From: Eledone cirrhosa
Taxonomy: Eukaryota
NCBI GenBank assembly: GCA_964016885.1
Contig: OZ024747.1
Span: 28,458,001-28,522,000, forward strand
Direction: 5' to 3'
DNA length: 64,000 nt
Positions within the stretch are counted from its first letter, which is position 1; each line of letters opens with the position of its first letter. The notes below the pieces were generated by a model. The model saw only the letters and a program-made list of their open reading frames with translations. It was not told where the DNA came from and made no database searches. The position numbers were made by a program, and so were the translations under genes. Below, in pieces: positions 56,422 to 64,000 of the stretch.

Positions 56422-57667
56422 CTGAAAATAGATCAATATAAAAATAACATTAGAAATATCAGTTAAGTGTTAATGTTAGTATTAAAGTGGTATTATAATC
56501 AGCAATTTGAGAAAAAGATACTCAACCATATATCACTGTACAACAATCAGTAATGTAGTCACCCAGCAAGTGACAGGTGCAAAGTTCAAGTCCTACCAAG
56601 AATCTTGTTTTGCATTTCACCATTTTTGTGTGCGTGTGTTGTTTGGTCTGGAAGAAGGTACTGAGTAAGGCAGCATGTTATCTCCTTGAACAAGAGGCTC
56701 CATTCATATTGCTCAAATATGAGGGGCAACAATAGCAGGGAGTTAACCTTGCAATGGACCGGAGTCCTGTCGAAGAGGGAGTCTTGTATTCTCAGTCATT
56801 TAACATCTCATGAAACTAAGATATACTTTGGCTTGATGAGATTCTTGCTTATATACATTCCTGCACTCAACAGAGTGTACAGGGTGATTTTATCATGGCA
56901 TTAGCACTAGGGCAGTTGTCACATATTTCACAAAACAGAAGAGCCCTCTCAATGTTTTGGCAAGTTTTCTAAGGTTAGATGCCTTTCCTATCACCAACCA
57001 CTTTATTGGGTGTACTGGGTACATTTTATCATGGCACCAGCACTAGAGAAGTTGTCATATCCTTCATGACCCATTGTTTGGTAAGTCTTCTATATCTGGA
57101 TGCCCTTCCAATCACCAACCACTTTACAGAATGTACTCAAATGGTTTTATCATATCACAACTGAAGAGTCCTCTCAATTTTTTTTATATAGCTTCTACAG
57201 ATAGATACTCTTCTTATCACCAAACACATGCTAACATAATATATATATGTATATATGTGTGTGTGTCATCATCATCACCATTCAACAACCTTTTTTACAG
57301 AAAAACCAAGCCAACACATGAGCAGGAGTTTGTTTCTCAACCCATCTAATCTTGGACTGTGAGAATCTGTCCAACCCATGCCAGGCTGGAAAATGGACAT
57401 AAAATGATAATTATAATATGTATAATTTTAAACCCAAATTAATTTAATCCCAAATTAAGACGAAGTGTTGTCAATTATATCAACCCCATTACATTTCATC
57501 AAATCAGAGAAGGATGAAAGTCAATATGGACATTAGTGAAATAGAAACCCAGAATGTAAAAGGGTGCAGCTAAATATAATAAGACATGTCTTCCTTTCCA
57601 CCACTCTATTTACTACCACATGACCTTAATTATTACTACATTAATTGCCATGATCTGAATTATAATA

Positions 57668-57894
57668 CAGTGGAACCTTGGTTCATGATCTTAGTTTGTT
57701 CCTGAAGGCTGTTTGTCACCCCAAATGTCCATAAACCAAAACTATTTTCCCCATACCAAATGTTAAGAGAGAAATCAGTGGTTTGTGTGTTCATTATTCA
57801 AAACACTGTCACCTGAGACGTTTTATGTTTGGAAAAATTGTTTGTAAACTAATTTGTTCATGATATGAGGCGTTTGTAAACCAAGACACCTCTG
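57668..57894. mobile_element. Tigger/pogo-like MITE
   Basis: TA|CAGTGGAACCTTGGTT ... AACCAAGACACCTCTG imperfect TIRs. Confidence 0.6.
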
Positions 57895-59604
57895 TTCACT
57901 AAATACTACCACACTAATGATCTAATATACTTAATATACTACTAACTACTATTATCCTCATCATTTATAATTAATTTTGTTATCAATACAACTTCTGTAA
58001 TTATTATTAATAACATCCAAAATAATTTATCATTAAAACATTAATTTTTTTTTTAAATCACTAATGCTAATTAATAAAAACTACTTGTTACTTATACAAA
58101 TGAAAGGATGCATTTTTTTTGTTTCTTGTTAATAATGGAAGAGCTAAATTATTAATTAATAAAACATCCAGTATATTATTTATTTACGAGACAATAAATT
58201 ACAAAACACACTCAGCTATTTTTATCTCTCTTCTCTAAAATGATTTTAATAGAAAAGCCCAAATTCTTGCATTCAGTTCTTGCACTTTATCTGATTATTT
58301 TGTTGGAGTAATAATTGCTTATTGTTTCAAATATAGAATAAAATATCTCTTTGTTAACTTTGAACAAACCTTTCATTGGATGGCCAGTGCATGAATAGTT
58401 TTTATTCATTTGAAAGTATTATTGAACAGAGTATATGAAAAGGCACATCTTGTACATTCTGTAAAATAGTAGTGCTGGTACCATGAAAAAACACACCCAC
58501 TACACCCTGTAAGGCAGTAAGTGTAGGTGTTATGATGGGAATTCAGCTGTAGAAACCATGCCAAATATAAAATGTATGAGCAAGATGTGAAGTCACTCTG
58601 ACCCATCTAGTCATCGACCATGACAAACTGTCCAACTCATGCCAGCATGGAAAGCATCTGTTAAATTATCATGATAATGAAAGTAACATTCTTTTTTTGT
58701 GTCAACTCTCTTACTACATGCAGGGATATTGCGTAGCTATTCTGAAAGCTGAGATACAAGCATCAATTACTAAGTAAATTAATGAAATACTATAATTTAT
58801 AAGTTAATAATTAATAGGTTAATACTCTGTGGTATTCTATATGGTTTGCCCCAATCATTTTCAGAAGACACCAGCATCCTCCATTGTGGTGTCTAATTGA
58901 GGGAGTGTGTCTTTTAAGAGGACAACACCATTTCCTGTTTTAGTGAGGGAGTGCGTGTCTTTTAAAAGAGCAACACACACATCTCCCATTGTGATGCATA
59001 ATTGAGGGACTATATATGTTGTTGTTTTTTTTGTTTTATTCTTTTTGACTCATTTGTATTGATATTGTATATATGTGTATGTATTTCAACTGGTATAATA
59101 CTACTAGGATCTCCTTCCATTCCAGTGACAAGTGTTCCAGTTGAATTCTCAAATGAAACAGCCTGTTTGTGAAACTAATATGCTGAGCATTTCACAGACA
59201 TATACACTCTTAATGTAGTTCTCACGGAGATTTAGTGTGACAAGGCTGGCCCTTTTAATAATAGGTAAAACTCATTTTTGTCAGCTGTGTGGACTGGAAC
59301 TATGTGAAAATAAAGTGTTTTGCCCAAAGACACAATGCACCACTGGAAATTGAACTCACAACCTTACAATCGTGAGGAGAACATCCTAACCACTAAGCTA
59401 CATACGTGCCTTTACACTAATATCATAAGATTATATACAATTAGCAGCAAATTTTTACAGAAAGGTTCTTAGGGGTTTTCTTTTCTCTATGATGCTGCTA
59501 ATATTAATTTATGATTCTAACCAGCGATTTTTTTTTTTTAATATAAAATACAGTATATAACATCAATTGTTGAAATATGACACAAAGGAATTACTGTTAT
59601 TTTA

Positions 59605-59860
59605 CTGTTGGGCAGATGGTTTAACACTCGTCACATTCAAGGGAGGTAAATCCCTAATCTGGGATGCAATATGTGACTTGTTCCCTACCTCCAGCCTTGT
59701 TGCTTTGACCACAAACCTGGGCACCGCTACCCGCAATGTAAAGGGGGGGGGGGGGGGGGGTAACAAATACCGGGGCTTGACTGACCATTTCTTTTTCATA
59801 CCAGTCACAGGTAAGACCTCAGGTGTCCTTATCTCTGCACTGCTGATTTTGGGCGGCTGT
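59605..59860 (+). mobile_element. Restriction-like endonuclease remnant of a CRE-type non-LTR element
   Basis: ADGLTLVTFKGGKSLIWDAIC..NKYRGL..FFFIPVTGKTSG fits the PD..D..KY..PxxxETxG pattern. Confidence 0.6.
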
Positions 59861-60407
59861 TGAAGTAGGTGTTCCTGGCCACAACAATACTTTAGTCATT
59901 GTTTCAGAGTTGTCAGTTACTCCCCCTTTCCCTTTCTTTCATCGCTTAATTCCTTTTATTCTTACTCTTTTTCTTTATTTTTTTTGTTTCCTTATAGCCA
60001 TGTATATTGTACAGTTTTTAATATATTTTATTCAGCTGAAAATAATTAGCAACTAACTAATTTATTTCAAACTGGTCATCTCAGGCTGGCTGATGACTTT
60101 AAGATAGTGTAATATGAATGGTGTAAGATTTAACTCATGAAGTAAACCTCTATATGGCCACTCATCCTACTCTGTGGAGCAACCAAATTTGCCCTCAACA
60201 AACTATTTACTGTTTCTAAATCTTTCATTACCATATTTCTAATGAAATACACTAACTGCCTTTAATTTACAAATAATTTTGAAAATAATTAAGAATTTTG
60301 AGTGATTTAATAATATAACTAACTTTCTTGTTATTAAGTGAGTTTGGCACACAGTTCCCTGCATAAAATTAAGATGAAAGGTTTTTAGATAAATATAAAC
60401 ACTTTAA

Positions 60408-60683
60408 CCCTTTCAATACTCTATTTCTAATGAAAGACACTACTTATTATTTTTAAATCATTTTGAAAATAATGAAGAATTTGAAAAGATTTATTAACTA
60501 AATTTCTATTTACTAAATTTAATAACTAAATTTTTTATTATTATACTGGTGTTTGGAACAGAACTTAAAGGTACTTCCATAAAATTACAATGGAAGATAT
60601 TTTGATAAATATAAACAATACAAAACAAATAGCTTTGTATTGCAGAACTAGGGGCAGATTCAGGCAGTTTCATACCAAAAGGG
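60408..60683. mobile_element. piggyBac-like MITE
   Basis: TTAA|CCCTTT ... AAAGGG|TTAA; related sequence at 60230-60400 and 41250-41540. Confidence 0.65.
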
Positions 60684-60895
60684 TTAAAATAAGTATCAAA
60701 TTGTTATTGATCTGTTTCAAATCATTAAATTCAATTTCACACATGGAACATATTCCAAATTATTAAATGCACTCTGATGTATCTTAAACATGAAATATAG
60801 AAGTTCACACAGTGAACATATTTCTCAGCATGTCAAATAATTTTACATATATTTCATATACAGATATATAAATGGATATTAAAATAAAACCTTAC

Positions 60896-60990
60896 TTATC
60901 AGGGATCCCAGAAATTGGTACGGGGCCCAGGAACAATAAGACAAAGGCAATCATAAAAAATCCTGCTATAAGTAATTTCTTACCATCATC
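60896..60990 (-). CDS. SLC18B1: SLC18B1-like paralog 1 exon (most 5' exon found)
   Basis: cag|..|gtaag, 95 bp; DDGKKLLIAGFFMIAFVLLFLGPVPISGIPD. Confidence 0.9.
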
Positions 60991-61009
60991 CTGTAAAGAT
61001 AATAATGAT

Positions 61010-61585
61010 AATGATAATGGTTTCTGATTTAGGTACAAGGCCAATAATTTTAGGGGAGGGAAAGTCGATTAAATCAACCCCAGTACATTACTGGTGCTTT
61101 ATTTGATCGACCCTGCAAGGATGAAAGTCAAAGCTAATCTTGGCGGGATTTGAACTCAGAATGTAAAGAGCCGTAACTATATGGTACGAAGCATGGTGTC
61201 TGACACTCTACCAATAATGATAATAATTGTTTCTACTTTAGGCACAAGGCCAGCAATTACCCAGTGCATTACTGGTACTTTATTTTATCGACCCCGTAAG
61301 GATGAAAGGCAAAGTCAACCTCAGCGGGATTTGAACTCAGATCGTAAAGGGACGTAATTATGCTGGAAAGAATGGTGTCCGACCCTCTACCGATACTGCT
61401 AATCCACCACCAATAATGATAATAATGTTTTCGACTTTAGGCACAAGATCAGCAATTTTGGTGGGAGGGGAAGTCGATGAAATTGACCCCAGTACATTAC
61501 TGATACTTTATTGTATTGACCTTGTATGGATAAAAGGCAAAGCGGACCTTGGTGGAATTTAAACTCAGAACATAAAGGTATGCAA
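61010..61585 (-). mobile_element. Three head-to-tail tRNA-derived SINEs
   Basis: Copies at ~61010-61215, 61222-61410 and 61420-61585, separated by (AAT/GAT)n. Confidence 0.88.
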
Positions 61586-62234
61586 CAATAACAATGTGGT
61601 ATTTCTTATGGCATTCTGCCTTATTGTCTTTTCCTTATTGTGTATTCCTTTGACATAGAAAGTTGCAGCTTGCTAGCAGATCAGTCATTCTCCCTCAGTA
61701 CCACGAGGAGCACCTGTTACCATGTGTGTGTGTGTTTGTATGTATATGCGCACTTACATATAAAATGCTGACTGAGTTTACATATGGGCATGTATTCGAA
61801 CACACACACACACCTCATGTGTCAGTGTCTGTCAACTCCCTATGCTGGTCAGCTTGCATGCATGTACATAGACATAATATACAATAACCCTCCAACAACA
61901 GTCATAGTCTGATGTGCATCATGGACTTCATACATAGCCTTACAGCTTTGTACAATCAAACAGACACATTACACCATTTTTATAATCTCCTTGATGATTA
62001 TATCCTCCTCGATAACACATCAATACTCTAGCCTTAATCTCAAACTTTTACTTTTCAAGATGGCTTATTAATAATAGCAACAAGCTTTCACTCCTTTGGT
62101 TTTCTCATTTTCTTTTGTTTTTTACTCTCGTCTATCATTTTTCTTGAACTAAGATACCTAAGATCCTCAACTCCTTTTAGCTAATTTCCATTTTGAGATA
62201 CAATATCACCCTCTTTCTGGTTGTATGCAATATA

Positions 62235-63545
62235 TGCCATCTTCTCATTTATATGAAGTCCAATTGTTCAGCAGCCCATTCCACCCTCTATAACAACAGC
62301 TGTCGCAGCTGCCTGATAAGTGTGAGATATCTGCATAATCAGCATCAATAATTGTTATTTCAGGGTGTCTAGTGTTACATCGAGGATGTAGTGTGAATCC
62401 TGTTTGATGAGCATGATACGATGTAGCTTGTTTCATTGTATAGTCAAGTGTTAATATGAAGAGGAAGATAGTTAGTGTATCTCCTTGAAGAACACCCACT
62501 TTTAGTTTGAAGAAGTTCATTTCACTATCAGGAGAAAGTACTTTTGCTTCTGTGCCAAAGTAGAAGGCACCTACTGCTGTCACGATTTGCAATGGAATTC
62601 TATATGCTTCCATTATTTGTTTGAGTTTTCCACAATGAATAAAATCGAGAGCTTTGCTAAAATCAATGAATGTGATAACAGCTGGAAGGTTTTGCTTTTA
62701 CTCCTTTGATGAGTTTTCTAAGGGTCAGAATTTACTCAAGTATTGATCTATTTGAACAAAATCCATTTTGGTTCATGTGAAGTATTGGTTCTAAATGAGG
62801 TTTAATTCTAAGGAGCAGCATTTTCTTGTAGATCTTTGATGATACTACATGGTAATTTTTGACATCACTAAGATCACCTTTTTTTTGGAAGCGAAGTTAT
62901 ATCACTTTTGTTTCAAAGTTTTGGCTTATCTCCATGAAAGGTTTTATTACACACTTCAAGTAGTGCATCAACTAAGGCTTCGGTTTTCCAGACCTGGATT
63001 GGAATGTTTGAATGTTATTGAGTCCTGCTGCTTTTCTGTTTTTGAAGGATTTAATTGTCTTCAATAGTTCATCTTTTTTTAAATCGTCAGTAATGATTGG
63101 TAATGTACTGTCAACCACTCGTGTAATATTTTGTTCTCTAATAAGATGCGGTTGACCAAGAAGTGGTCTTTCCATTTTTGTACGCATTCTTTTGGTGTCT
63201 TGGTTATCTTGCATGTTAGTACATTCTTTCCACAAGTAATTTCATTGACATTTGTCCAAGCAATTTTTGATGATAGATTATGTACTGCATTTGATATGAT
63301 GTTGGTTTTGTTTATATATGTAGTAAGCTCCTCATTGTGAGTAGCCTCAAGATCATGTTTGGCTGCTTGGAAATGATCATTATTTATTGGACTTTTCTAA
63401 TAATGCTTTTTGTACTTCTTGAACTGGTTCATGGATCAACACCTCAAAAGAGATATGAGCACTAGAATTAACTTAGCCTAGACAGTTTGCAAACAAAATG
63501 GATGTCATTTGGAAATCAAACTTGAACATCAAACTAAAGGTTAAA
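62235..63545 (-). mobile_element. Degenerate RTE-like LINE RT; 63430-63545 piece lies on the plus strand
   Basis: KAAGLNNIQ, TFIDFSKALD, GVLQGDTLTIFLFI, DYAD; plus-strand MDVIWKSNLNIKLK. Confidence 0.8.
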
Positions 63546-64000
63546 TCCACCATGCCCAAGGCAATATCTCTGCATTCACACATTAATTCCACATATCACA
63601 ACAAAATACTTTTATCTGTAAAAACTACATCAAGTAACCTGTTAATGAAATGCTCAATGTTATATCAAACCTTCTATATATCTTGGTTGTGTTATATTTT
63701 ACTACATGGTGTCGCCATACACCATGCTACAAATAAAAATATGAAAATTAACAATTTGGTTTTCCTTGTTCATTTGTCTCTATTATTGGTCCTGATCATT
63801 TCTCAACAACACACAACAAAACATCAAACAATATATCACAAATATTTCAACCACAATAGCGAACCACATAACTACAAAAATGGCACACATCAAAAATTTC
63901 TATAAGAATGGTTTTCTGAGGAGGATCAGGAAGAAACCAGTTAAATAAGATACTACTCAATACATTAGAAGAGGAGATATCAATAACAAGTGGTGATAAA

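Overview
AT-rich, microsatellite-dense animal DNA. The SINE/LINE content suggests a cephalopod such as Octopus (inference). Two tandem minus-strand SLC18B1-like MFS transporter genes form the scaffold. Paralog 1 shows its last 5 coding exons (60990 down to 52335). Paralog 2 shows 10 coding exons (41961 down to 11370); its 3' end was not found. The first ~29 kb is a nest of Penelope-like elements (PLEs) inserted in (TA)n tracts, with RT/GIY-YIG remnants and long head-to-head inverted arms. This region holds 12 hammerhead ribozyme (HHR) motifs of 4 types, 2 copies of a variant-core hammerhead fold, and non-coding ~445-610 nt units whose junctions imply circular or tandem templates (retrozyme-like). 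Also present: RTE, CR1 and CRE-like LINE remnants, a non-autonomous Helitron, hAT/piggyBac/Tigger MITEs, many tRNA-derived SINEs and minisatellites. Everything was read by eye; repeat boundaries are approximate and family letters A-H are my own labels.
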